From positions 51,403-115,402 of the forward strand of contig JBDRUX010000001.1 of NCBI GenBank assembly GCA_039801565.1: a stretch of 64,000 nucleotides of DNA. Direction: 5' to 3'. The notes under the pieces were generated by a model. The model was not told the DNA's origin. It worked only from the letters and a program-made list of their open reading frames with translations, and did not search any database. Of this stretch, positions 29,047-38,634 are shown piece by piece. How positions within the stretch are numbered: position 1 is the stretch's first letter; each line of letters starts with the position of its first letter. This DNA comes from a candidate division WOR-3 bacterium. Its GTDB lineage: Bacteria > Hydrothermota > Tepidihabitantia > Tepidihabitantales > JAOUPE01. The translations under genes were made by a program, and so were the position numbers.

Positions 29047-30924
29047 CTAAAAACTAATTCGGATGGTTTGGTTCGGTTTAATTTTTTTTATTAATATAGT
29101 ATAACTTTGATTACCTTCATCATAATACCAATTTAATGATTGCTCATCGGGAGATTTGAAAAAGTTCAAGTGGTTCGAGGTAAAAACTTGAAGGGCGATA
29201 TCGGTGGATATACTACCGCTGTGATTGGTTAGGATTAAATTGAACCGTGGAGTATCCGATGATAGGTTCAAGGGTTCAAGAGATTTAAGAGATTCAAGGG
29301 TAAGTTCTAAGTTTAAGAGGTTATGCCACCATTGGACAAATTCCTGTCCAGTAGTAAGCCAAGTCTTCTTATTTTTAATGTAATCAATCAGTTCGGCGAT
29401 AATCGGATAATAGGTTGGGTTGGCCAGAATCTGAGTATGATAGACGAGAAGGTAGTAACTGCCCAAGTCATAGAGGCGTTCGAACTCTTCTTTCAACTCC
29501 TGTAGAACTGCCTGAGGATTTTGCATCGAATCTCGAAAAAAGATATCGTAATCGTCGCGGTTTGGCTTAGCAATAATCATAAAATCATTATAATTGCTTC
29601 TTGAAATCTTGGGGGCCAAGTAATTTCCTTCGGCTATCGCTTCTAATAAATATTTCAGACCAATTTTATTAAGGGCTCGAATCGTATTAAAATCGTAACT
29701 GCCATAGGGTGGTCGAAACCCAACAATTTTTTGACGGCTGATTTTTTCTAAACACCGCTTGGCTTGGGCTAATTTTTTTAATTGCAACTCGTAAGATAGA
29801 CCTGCTGGCTCGGTGTGGTGGTCGCCGTGCAATCCAATTTCGCCATTTTGCACCATCATTTTCACAAAAGAGGCTCTGGATTTAGCTAAACTGGCAAGAA
29901 GAAAAAAAGAACCCTTAACATTTTTAGCTTCGAGGATTTTTATTACATTTTGGACATTGTCAAAATCTTGTTCGATGTCGCCACAGATGATTGCGCAAGC
30001 TCGATAATCAAAGGGCCAGGGTTTTATTTGGACTAATGGGTTTTTCGTTACCCATAGTAATGCATTGGTGAACAGTTTTTGTGCAAAAATTTGACTTTGG
30101 TTATCGCCAGTAATCAAATTTTTGTTGAAGCCAAACCAGACGAACCTTCCATTGGCATAGTAACCGTGACATAGGGCGACACTATTTTTAAAATCCTTGG
30201 CTGTACCACCAAAATCAATCGGCGGATTACACCAGTATCCATCGGGAATAGTCCGGGTTTCGATTATTCGGGCTCGAATCCGTCCAAAACCGGTTGTACC
30301 AATTTTAGCACCTAAAGGAAGTCCGATGCTTAAAGGTGAATTGGATTTGATAGTTAAGGGAAAATATTCCGGATGAATTTCAGTGATTTTAGTAATACCG
30401 ATGATACGATTGAGAAGGGAAATTTTTCGAACCCTACCTTTTTCATCCATTGCTCCACAATCACCAAACGCTATCAATCCGCCGCCACGCTCTAAGAATT
30501 CGGTTATAGACTCAATTGCCGCCTCGGAAAGTTGAGAAATTCCCGGTAAGATTAAAACAGTGAAATCATTAAGTCTTTGGTTAAGGGCAAAAACATTTAA
30601 TGTGCTAACTTGAACATTCTGGTTAGAGGAAAAATCGAGCCAGTCGGATAGATTAGCCATTGCGTTCGTATCTTCAACATTCGGAAGTAAAATACCAATC
30701 CGGGCTGTAATTGATGGTAAATTAACTTTTGGCATAGCCGGTAGAATGGTTTGGTTTTGCTCGGAGAGAGTATCGGTTTTCGTTTCTGGGATTTTTCTGC
30801 CACCGGCAAAAATGGCATTGAGCTCGCCGCGAACAAGTAAAAGCGTAAAGTAATATGCCAAAAAACTGCAGGATAGAATAAAAGCACCTAAGATAAAAAT
30901 GGTTAATAAGTTAATTTTTCGCAT
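29047..30924 (-). CDS. membrane-anchored polysaccharide deacetylase family protein (PgaB-like)
   Basis: N-terminal TM. A CE4/NodB-like segment (CGDIEQDF ... GLHGDHH). Last gene of the pga-like operon. Confidence 0.5.
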   Translation of the reverse strand: MRKINLLTIFILGAFILSCSFLAYYFTLLLVRGELNAIFAGGRKIPETKTDTLSEQNQTILPAMPKVNLPSITARIGILLPNVEDTNAMANLSDWLDFSSNQNVQVSTLNVFALNQRLNDFTVLILPGISQLSEAAIESITEFLERGGGLIAFGDCGAMDEKGRVRKISLLNRIIGITKITEIHPEYFPLTIKSNSPLSIGLPLGAKIGTTGFGRIRARIIETRTIPDGYWCNPPIDFGGTAKDFKNSVALCHGYYANGRFVWFGFNKNLITGDNQSQIFAQKLFTNALLWVTKNPLVQIKPWPFDYRACAIICGDIEQDFDNVQNVIKILEAKNVKGSFFLLASLAKSRASFVKMMVQNGEIGLHGDHHTEPAGLSYELQLKKLAQAKRCLEKISRQKIVGFRPPYGSYDFNTIRALNKIGLKYLLEAIAEGNYLAPKISRSNYNDFMIIAKPNRDDYDIFFRDSMQNPQAVLQELKEEFERLYDLGSYYLLVYHTQILANPTYYPIIAELIDYIKNKKTWLTTGQEFVQWWHNLLNLELTLESLKSLEPLNLSSDTPRFNLILTNHSGSISTDIALQVFTSNHLNFFKSPDEQSLNWYYDEGNQSYTILIKKIKPNQTIRISF

Positions 30925-30944
30925 CGGTTATCTTATTAATATTT

Positions 30945-31238
30945 TCATTTCCACTCGGGACGAGATTCTTTTGGCTCTTTTGGCTGGTAACGGCGAAGGA
31001 GCGAGGGTGATTTGGGTTCTGTCGGTGGAGGCTGAGCAATTTCGGTCGTTGGTGCTTCATTAACTCTTGGTTTCGTTTCTTCAACCGGAGTTGGCTCAAT
31101 TCTTACTTCGGCAATTGGTTGTTTTGGACTTGCCCGTTTTCTCATCTTATAGACAATGTAGGCTAAAATCCCTAAAAATAAGGTGAGAACCGTAACTGCC
31201 AAAATGATTGTTGATAAAATTGTAATGACGACATTCAT
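30945..31238 (-). CDS. small single-TM protein with Pro-rich tail (possible PgaD-like accessory)
   Basis: N-terminal TM helix. Lies between the GT2 and deacetylase genes with short gaps. Confidence 0.3.
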   Translation of the reverse strand: MNVVITILSTIILAVTVLTLFLGILAYIVYKMRKRASPKQPIAEVRIEPTPVEETKPRVNEAPTTEIAQPPPTEPKSPSLLRRYQPKEPKESRPEWK

Positions 31239-31260
31239 ACCAGCTCCTTCTTAACAGTTT

Positions 31261-32640
31261 TCATAACACCTTCACGCCATTAATTCGACCATTCCGCTCT
31301 AACTTATCCCAACTCATACCAAGACTTAAGAATTCTTCAACCGTAGCCAAGACTTTGATAATATCAATAATTAAGATAAAGAATAAGCGATAGGGCACAG
31401 CACAAAGGACAAGATTCGTTGCTTCTTTTTCACAGGCAACACAAAACAGAGCTGCCATCATATCTAAGGCTAAGAGTTGTAACCACCAAAAGACAATTAA
31501 AGGTGAAAAACCAAAGCTTAAGGCGATGACAATGAAGAATAGGTGGGCAAAAATATTCATCGCGGGCCAAAGGATTGCTTCATAAATCATTTGCCAAAAT
31601 ACTAAGGTCGCGGCAAAATTAATTTTAGGGTTGAAAAGAATATTTTTATGTTTTCGAATTGATTGGATGATGCCACGGGTCCAGCGATAACGTTGTTTGA
31701 CCAAATCAAGCCAATTTTCAGGCACTTCGGTAAAGGCACAAGCCTCGGGTTCGTATTGGACCTGAAAGCCCGCCCTTAAGATTTTTAAAGTGACATCACA
31801 GTCCTCGGCAGAGGTATCCGAGGAGTAATGTCCAACCACATCTAAGACAGAACGGCGGAAAAAACCAATCGGTCCTGGAACAATATTCACTAAGCCAAAT
31901 AATCCCTGGGCGCGTCGCGGCATATTTAGTCCTTCAACATATTCTAAACCTTGTAGCACCGAGACCAATTTTTGCCGGTTTACCGCTTTAACATTTCCAG
32001 CTACTGCTCCGACTTTTGGGTTTTGAAAGTGACGAATCCCTTGCCGCAGCGCTTCGGGATTAACCAAACTGTCACCATCCACGCAGACAATGAATTCACC
32101 CTGAGCGGAGTCTAAACCATAGTTAAGTGCCTTTGCCTTGCCACCATTGGGTTTTGAAAGCACCAAAACTTTGGGTTTAGTGGGAAGGGTGGAAGTAATC
32201 CGCTCCAGTCGCTCTTTAGTATCATCAGTTGAACCATCATCAATTATGATTATCTCATAATTTGGATAATCAAGATTTAAAAGAGAATGAACGACAGATT
32301 CAATCACTTTGCCTTCATTGTAGACCGGTACTAAAATCGAAACCAACGGTAAATCATCAATTTTCTCTTTCGGCAAAATTTCCGGTGGTAGGCTACTGGT
32401 GTGGTGAAGATAAGCGAAAATCAAAATGAAAAAATAGCGAAGAAGCAACATAATCAAAAAGGCAAGTAGCACAACTGTCAAAGCAAGAATAAAGGTTGTG
32501 CCAAAAGCCAGAGCTGACCGTTGGTGAAAATGATAAGTGAGAAAGCCAAAAAGCAGACATAAGACTAAAAGCAAAATAAACCACAAACCATATCTGGTTT
32601 TGTTCATTTCGCTTCGTCTAAGCAAAGTTTTTGATTGCAT
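31261..32640 (-). CDS. family-2 processive beta-glycosyltransferase (PgaC/IcaA/NodC-like)
   Basis: DDGSTD and DGD motifs. QRYRWTRG (QxxRW) motif. Flanking TM helices. Confidence 0.8.
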   Translation of the reverse strand: MQSKTLLRRSEMNKTRYGLWFILLLVLCLLFGFLTYHFHQRSALAFGTTFILALTVVLLAFLIMLLLRYFFILIFAYLHHTSSLPPEILPKEKIDDLPLVSILVPVYNEGKVIESVVHSLLNLDYPNYEIIIIDDGSTDDTKERLERITSTLPTKPKVLVLSKPNGGKAKALNYGLDSAQGEFIVCVDGDSLVNPEALRQGIRHFQNPKVGAVAGNVKAVNRQKLVSVLQGLEYVEGLNMPRRAQGLFGLVNIVPGPIGFFRRSVLDVVGHYSSDTSAEDCDVTLKILRAGFQVQYEPEACAFTEVPENWLDLVKQRYRWTRGIIQSIRKHKNILFNPKINFAATLVFWQMIYEAILWPAMNIFAHLFFIVIALSFGFSPLIVFWWLQLLALDMMAALFCVACEKEATNLVLCAVPYRLFFILIIDIIKVLATVEEFLSLGMSWDKLERNGRINGVKVL

Positions 32641-32641
32641 A

Positions 32642-34498
32642 TTAAAGACCCAATTTTAAATAGGCGGTTAATGATTGATACCAATAAGCCGGTGCTGCGG
32701 TCACCGATGCTGCTGGTAGGGTCCGGCGGGTATCCGAATAGGAGAATTGAATGCCAAGTACCAATTTGGTTTTGGGCGGATTAAGTGCGAAATTAGCAAC
32801 GATCGCCCGTGCCCAAGTTGCTAAGTTGGTCACTTTCGCAATTTCCAAACTTACATAATATGACAGTGGTGACTGTGAACCATTAGCCAATTCAATCCAT
32901 AGGGAATGTGTTTGATAAAAATCTGGCGACCAGTAATAATGCGAGGTGTCGGAATAGGTAATTAAATTGTAACGATAACCAAGTGTCAAGATATGAAACA
33001 TTTTGTAAAAGATTTTAGCTTGCGGGTTTTGCAGTTGATTTAAATCCGAATAACTGCCATAAAGATAACTGGCAAATAGACCATAATTCTTCTCAAATTG
33101 GTAATAACCTTGAATCAAAAAATTATCGGTGGTAATACCTTGAATCAAGGAACGGGTTGTTAAGACATCGTTTATGATGTCATAATGGTCATAACTGAAG
33201 TTAAAATTGCTATTTGGATAAGGTGTATAATCAAACTTTATCCCGTAAGAATGGGTATTATCCAAACAATCATAAAAGTTATAGGTATACCTAACCACTC
33301 CCCACACTGACTCGGAGAATTTTTCTATTAGCCGAATCGAATAAGAATAAGCGCTGATGTAATCCTCCTGTTGTTTGAATTCGCAATAAGCAAATCCTGG
33401 CTCAAGAGCGGTCTTGGTACTCAAATTTAATTGCAAATTGGCACTGAATCGTTTTAAACTAAAATCTTCGTTATCCCATAGCGAATTGCCTGAAGCTTGA
33501 AATTGGGGACCGCCGATGATTTTGGCTTTTAACTCTTTTTGTCTTTTTAAAGCGGTAAGATTTTTGGGGTCTTTTTCCAAAATCTTTTCATAAATCGCTA
33601 AAGCCCCAGTATTGTTCCCCTGCCAATAATAAGTTTCGGCCAATCCGGTTAGGACCTTAAGGTCAGTAGTGTCGAGTTTTAAATATTGGTGAATTGCGGA
33701 ATCGTAGGCACCACTCCAGCTTAAGACCCGAGCCAATTCCAAAGCCGATTTTTGGTCGTTAGGATTAAGGGTTAACAGTTGGCGATAGGCGATGATTGAC
33801 TTTTCATACTTGCCCGCCCAACTTAACATCGCAGCATATTCACCCCAGGCAGTCGTATCAAGCGGATTTTTACGCAAATAGACCTCGTACAGTGATTCGG
33901 CTAAAGGATAGGCCTCTTGACCAACTAAAGTTCTGGCTCGGTTTAAAAGGTCGTTCGAAGTTGGATTCTGATTTAAGTATGATTCCACTCCTCGTTTATT
34001 TTCTTTACTTTCTTTTACCCATCTCACTTTTTTCCTATTAGCGGCGAAATCGGTTGCTGATTCTGTCTGTCCACTAGTTAAAGTCTGATACTCTTTGTAC
34101 AACTGTGTCAACTTAAGTCTTGCTTCGTTATCTTTTGGATAGCGCAAAGAATAATTAGTATACTGCGCAATCAAAGATTCCAATTTTTCCTTTTTTCTTC
34201 TTGTTACTTCTTGTAATAATTGGTCAATTGTTGGGTCAGCCACGAGCGCTTTTGCCTTTTTTAATGCCATAATTGCCTTTGATTCATCCTCAATCATCGA
34301 AAAACATTGTCCAAGTAGTTTCCAAGCCGGTCCGTTTTGGGGATTCATCTGCAATTCTTTCTCTAAAAGGAAAATTGCCTCGGAATAAAGCCTTTGGTCG
34401 AATTTGTTTTTTGCCTTATAGAAATAATCAAAATAAGCAAAAACGAAAAATGGAAAAAGGAGTAGAAAAATTGCGTTGGTTTTGAATCGTTTCAGCAT
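32642..34498 (-). CDS. TPR-containing outer-membrane export protein (PgaA-like: N-terminal TPR, C-terminal predicted beta-barrel)
   Basis: Signal peptide. TPR helices over about 300 aa. The C-terminal half is rich in alternating aromatic/hydrophobic Y/F/W residues, typical of an OM barrel. Confidence 0.5.
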   Translation of the reverse strand: MLKRFKTNAIFLLLFPFFVFAYFDYFYKAKNKFDQRLYSEAIFLLEKELQMNPQNGPAWKLLGQCFSMIEDESKAIMALKKAKALVADPTIDQLLQEVTRRKKEKLESLIAQYTNYSLRYPKDNEARLKLTQLYKEYQTLTSGQTESATDFAANRKKVRWVKESKENKRGVESYLNQNPTSNDLLNRARTLVGQEAYPLAESLYEVYLRKNPLDTTAWGEYAAMLSWAGKYEKSIIAYRQLLTLNPNDQKSALELARVLSWSGAYDSAIHQYLKLDTTDLKVLTGLAETYYWQGNNTGALAIYEKILEKDPKNLTALKRQKELKAKIIGGPQFQASGNSLWDNEDFSLKRFSANLQLNLSTKTALEPGFAYCEFKQQEDYISAYSYSIRLIEKFSESVWGVVRYTYNFYDCLDNTHSYGIKFDYTPYPNSNFNFSYDHYDIINDVLTTRSLIQGITTDNFLIQGYYQFEKNYGLFASYLYGSYSDLNQLQNPQAKIFYKMFHILTLGYRYNLITYSDTSHYYWSPDFYQTHSLWIELANGSQSPLSYYVSLEIAKVTNLATWARAIVANFALNPPKTKLVLGIQFSYSDTRRTLPAASVTAAPAYWYQSLTAYLKLGL

Positions 34499-34503
34499 AA
34501 AAT

Positions 34504-35862
34504 TTATCCGGTTCTAATAATGGTTTCAATATCGTTACTGTTTCGAATATCGTCGGGATAGGCATAGGCGATTACTTGGATGTCAATCCCCGGCAAGTTA
34601 GGTGATTCAGCGAGCATCGTCTTTACGATTTTTTCTCTAATCTCGGGAACCATTGTTTGCATTTCCGATTTTGTCACCTTATGGAGTAAGACAATAATCT
34701 TATCGGAGTATCTACCAACCGGCACTGGCTTATTTATTACTTGTTTGACCGCTTTGGCGAGGTTTTGGGAAAGAAGTAACCTTTTGGCGCGACTCTCAAC
34801 CCCACCAGTTATTGTCACCAACATTATGGAGAAAGGGTGCTTCTTCTCAAGCACACCATTGACAATTTGCAACAATCCATCAAAATTGAAGAATCCAGTA
34901 AAATCATCACGGTCTAAGTCTCGAATTGGATATTCCGGAATTGCTTCTTCTATTACGATCGGTGGGATTCTATCGGTTTCGATAGTTGGACTAATACTTT
35001 TTTCTGGCTGGGGTGGTGGTTCTTTTGGTATAATCTCCGTTATTGCTTCTTTTTCGGTTGGTATGACCGCAGTTTCAATTGTCTTGCTCGGTTCGGCGAC
35101 TTCGGGCTTGATAGCGATTTCGGCTGATTCTCCCTTTTCAACCAAGGTTGGTTGTGGTGTAATTTCCGGTTGAGGTGTTGGTTCGAACCGACTCAAACCA
35201 ATTCCAATTCGGATTTGATAGGAATCGGTATGAGTCAATGGATAATGCCCTAATCTTGCCTGTAAGGATAAAACCCGCGAGTTATCCGCTAACGGTTGGG
35301 TCAACTTTAAAGTAGCGGTAACTATCGAAGTTAAAAAATCAAAGATTTGTTGAGCCAAAGCATTGACTGGTTCACCTAAGGTGATTATAGTTGTTACCTT
35401 AAATTCTTCCCAGGCATAAATTAATTCGGTAATTTTTTCTTTTAGGATAGCAATGTCTTCAAATTGTAATAAGGGAGCAAATGAATCAAAAATTAATCTT
35501 TCCGGTCTCTCTTGCTCAATAATTTGATTGATTTCATTTATTGTTTTACTTAACAATTCATTAGTTAATGAAGAACTTTTTTGATTTAAGTTAAAGATTA
35601 AAAGTTCGTTATGTTCTAAGGGTTTTGCCAGTTCAAATTGTAAGGCTTCAGCGCGCAAAAGAAGGTCTTCAGCCCTTTCGTCAGTAAAAAAGACCACCTT
35701 TCCTCTTGTCCGTAATCCAGTAAGAGCAAATTGAAGGCAAAAGGTGGTCTTACCAGAATTTACCGGGCCGGTTAATAGATAAGTTCTGCCTTTATAGAAT
35801 CCTTGCCACAGATTGTCAATTATGTCAAAGCCCGTGGCAATCTTCGGGAACAACATCAACAC
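34504..35862 (-). CDS. KaiC/RecA-like ATPase fused via a Pro-rich linker to a degenerate GGDEF domain
   Basis: Walker A GPVNSGKTT in a KaiC-like domain. C-terminal GGDEF-fold signature (DFTGFFNFDGLL ... GRYSDKIIVLL, where YSDKI replaces GGDEF). First gene of the pga-like operon. Confidence 0.55.
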   Translation of the reverse strand: MLMLFPKIATGFDIIDNLWQGFYKGRTYLLTGPVNSGKTTFCLQFALTGLRTRGKVVFFTDERAEDLLLRAEALQFELAKPLEHNELLIFNLNQKSSSLTNELLSKTINEINQIIEQERPERLIFDSFAPLLQFEDIAILKEKITELIYAWEEFKVTTIITLGEPVNALAQQIFDFLTSIVTATLKLTQPLADNSRVLSLQARLGHYPLTHTDSYQIRIGIGLSRFEPTPQPEITPQPTLVEKGESAEIAIKPEVAEPSKTIETAVIPTEKEAITEIIPKEPPPQPEKSISPTIETDRIPPIVIEEAIPEYPIRDLDRDDFTGFFNFDGLLQIVNGVLEKKHPFSIMLVTITGGVESRAKRLLLSQNLAKAVKQVINKPVPVGRYSDKIIVLLHKVTKSEMQTMVPEIREKIVKTMLAESPNLPGIDIQVIAYAYPDDIRNSNDIETIIRTG

Positions 35863-36104
35863 CTCCTTACCGCTTCGCTTTTATTCGTTTAAGGCGGATA
35901 AGATTATTTAGCGTTTGGTCATATACCTTTCTGGCTGCCAAATAGCATCCGCCTCCTTGCTAACGACCTTAAAGTTTAGGCCTTAGCTAAAATATAATAA
36001 CATAAATTTAACTTTTTGTCAAGCCTGCAATTTGCGAAGCGGTTAAGTCGGTAGGTTTAATTGCGAATTAACCCCTCAATTTATAACGGCTATTAGCTAA
36101 CTTT

Positions 36105-36629
36105 TTAATAATTAAGTCGCCAGAGCACGAAATTAAGAATCGCAGCGAAACTTACCCATAAGAGATAGGGAAACAGTAACAATCCAGCGGTCTTAGATAT
36201 TGGATAAAAGAACAAGACTGTAACTAATATTAAAACCCAAAGGATTATGATTTCGATGAAGGCAATAAAAGGAGAACGAAGTCCAAAGAATAAGATAGAC
36301 CATAAGATATTAAAAACCAATTGAATACCAAAAACGATTAAAGCTGGTTTAAGTTGTGGGAAACTCATTCCCTTTTGCCAAACCAAAAATACCGCTATGC
36401 CCATTAGCAGAAATAGACCTGTCCAGACCGGACCAAAAAGCCAGTTTGGCGGATTAAAAATAGGTTTCTTAAGCGATGCGTACCAGGTTGGAATCGAACG
36501 GGTAGTGAAAATTGAACCAATAACCCCTGCTAACTGGCAAATGATTATACTTCCGACCAACTTCAATATGGTAATTGATTTCATTAGCCTAATGATAATT
36601 AAAATGTTGCTTTCGTCAATAACAATCAA
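36105..36629 (-). CDS. tspO: TspO/MBR family tryptophan-rich sensory protein
   Basis: Five TM helices and a Trp-rich sequence (PNWLFGPVWTGLF, WQKG). Confidence 0.8.
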   Translation of the reverse strand: MIVIDESNILIIIRLMKSITILKLVGSIIICQLAGVIGSIFTTRSIPTWYASLKKPIFNPPNWLFGPVWTGLFLLMGIAVFLVWQKGMSFPQLKPALIVFGIQLVFNILWSILFFGLRSPFIAFIEIIILWVLILVTVLFFYPISKTAGLLLFPYLLWVSFAAILNFVLWRLNY

Positions 36630-36752
36630 TTACAAACTTAGGTGACCAAACTCCGAAGTCGGCTTTAAGGCTATCTGATTGGCTATTAAAGTCAATTTGG
36701 CTTGCGTTAAGTTTCTTCGCCATTGCTTCAGTAACAATCAACATCACAAAAG

Positions 36753-37050
36753 GTTAGTTAAAACTAACACCAAAATCGAGCCGAATTTCTTTTAACCTTT
36801 TGATATTTAAATATCTTATATTTAAGATTGCTTTGGGAGGGGGTATGGCCTCGGGGCAACCCCGTAGGCTACCCCCTAAGTCTTCCTATAGGTTGCTTGG
36901 GGAGTTACTTCGGCAGCTGATTGGCAGGTAGGTTCGGGAGCGACTTCGCAGGCAACTCCCGAAGCGGGTTAGAGAACAATCTGGCAAGCACCCTCGGGAG
37001 TTGGTTTGGGGGCTACCCCCGTAGGCTACATAGGAGTCTGCTCGTAGGCC
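36753..37050 (+). repeat. Copy A (full length) of the dispersed repeat family: palindrome, leader, promoter-like AT stretch, G-rich head, then 12-nt periodic array
   Basis: GTTAGTTAAAACTAAC (36753-36768). CAAAATCGAGCCGAATTTCTTTTAAC. TTGATA-N17-TAAGAT. TTTGGGAGGGGGTATGGC. About 200 nt with 12-nt periodicity, co-linear with copy B (ccccgtaggctaccccctaag, ggttcgggagcgacttcg). Confidence 0.6.
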
Positions 37051-37363
37051 AGCAATAGAATCTTTTAGAATTCATCAATCCTGGTTTTTAATGGCTCCTG
37101 ACGGATGACTAATATTATCAGAGAAAAATGAAGTTTTAACATTTAGGTAGCGGGTATTATCGGGGAAGATATTAGAGAATGCGAAGCGACTCTTCAGGTG
37201 CAGAGTTTAAATTTTATGCGTTAGCAGATAGTATTTAGGAGTGGATTTGGTCCGCCTTTGAGAGAAAAGAAAAAAGCGAAACATCCGCTGACAATTTTCA
37301 TTTATGAGAGAGATTCCTAAAATTTACCCTTGACGAGTTGTTTTTTCTAATTAATATTATAAA

Positions 37364-38578
37364 GTGAAGAATGCAATCGCTTTCATCTTAGCCGGTGGTC
37401 AGGGCGAACGGCTCTATCCTCTAACCAAAGACCGGGCAAAACCAGCGGTACCATTTGGGGGCATTTATCGAATCATTGACTTCACCCTGTCGAATTGCGT
37501 TAATTCGAATCTGAAACGAATTTATGTTCTAACCCAATACAAATCATTCGCTCTTGACCGTCACATCAGTCTTGGCTGGAATATCTTCAATCCGGAGCTT
37601 GGTGAGTTTTTACATTGTTTGCCACCGCAGTTCCGAATGAAAGATGATTGGTATTTAGGAACCGCTGATTCAGTTTATCAAAATCTCTATTCCCTCAAAT
37701 CGGCTAATCCCGAATATGTCTTTGTTCTTTCTGGTGACCACATCTATAAGATGGATTATCGCAAGATGTTAAAATTTCATCGGACTAAAGAGGCTTCGGT
37801 AACGATTGGATTGTATGAAGTGCCGATTGAACAGGCTTCACGGTTTGGGGTCTTAGAGGTTGACTCCGAACTGCGCATCGTTGGTTTTGAGGAAAAACCC
37901 CAAAAACCAAAGCCTAATCCTAATGACCCATCCAAGGCACTGATTTCGATGGGTGTTTATCTTTTCAATACCGAGGCATTGGTCGCAGCACTGATGGTTG
38001 ATGCTGAAGACCCCAACTCTTCCCATGATTTTGGTCGAGATGTCTTACCAAAGATGTTTGAAGGTTATAAGGTTTATGGTTATCCGTTTGAGGATGAAAA
38101 CCGCGGACCAATAAAATACTGGCGGGATGTCGGTACGATTGATGATTATTATCTGGCAAATATGGATTTAGTGGAGGTTGCACCAATCTTTAACCTTTAT
38201 GATAAGCGCTGGCCAATTCGAACTTACCAACCGCAATTGCCACCGGCCAAAACTGTATTCTTTGACTATCGGTCGGGTCGAGTCGGCGAAATTTTGCAAT
38301 CAATTATTGCTCCAGGAGCGATAATCAGCGGCGGTAAGGTTTGTCGTTCAATTATATCGCATCAAGTGCATATTCATTCTTATACCGATATTGCCGATTC
38401 AATCCTTTTGGAAGGGGTTGAGGTCGGTCGTTATGCTAAGATTCGGCGCGCCATCATTGATAAATGGGTGAAGATTCCGGAAAGAATGGAAATTGGTTAT
38501 AATCTCGACGAAGACCGAAAACGATTCTTTGTCACTGATTCGGGAATTGTGGTCATTCCTAAAGATACTAAATTTTAA
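37364..38578 (+). CDS. glgC: glucose-1-phosphate adenylyltransferase
   Basis: N-terminal AFILAGGQGERLYPLT, KPAVPFGG and a LbH C-terminus. GTG start. Confidence 0.9.
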   Translation: MKNAIAFILAGGQGERLYPLTKDRAKPAVPFGGIYRIIDFTLSNCVNSNLKRIYVLTQYKSFALDRHISLGWNIFNPELGEFLHCLPPQFRMKDDWYLGTADSVYQNLYSLKSANPEYVFVLSGDHIYKMDYRKMLKFHRTKEASVTIGLYEVPIEQASRFGVLEVDSELRIVGFEEKPQKPKPNPNDPSKALISMGVYLFNTEALVAALMVDAEDPNSSHDFGRDVLPKMFEGYKVYGYPFEDENRGPIKYWRDVGTIDDYYLANMDLVEVAPIFNLYDKRWPIRTYQPQLPPAKTVFFDYRSGRVGEILQSIIAPGAIISGGKVCRSIISHQVHIHSYTDIADSILLEGVEVGRYAKIRRAIIDKWVKIPERMEIGYNLDEDRKRFFVTDSGIVVIPKDTKF

Positions 38579-38634
38579 CCTAATGCCTTCACAAGAATCC
38601 AAGATTAAAAATCAAAACGCTAAGGAGAAATAAA

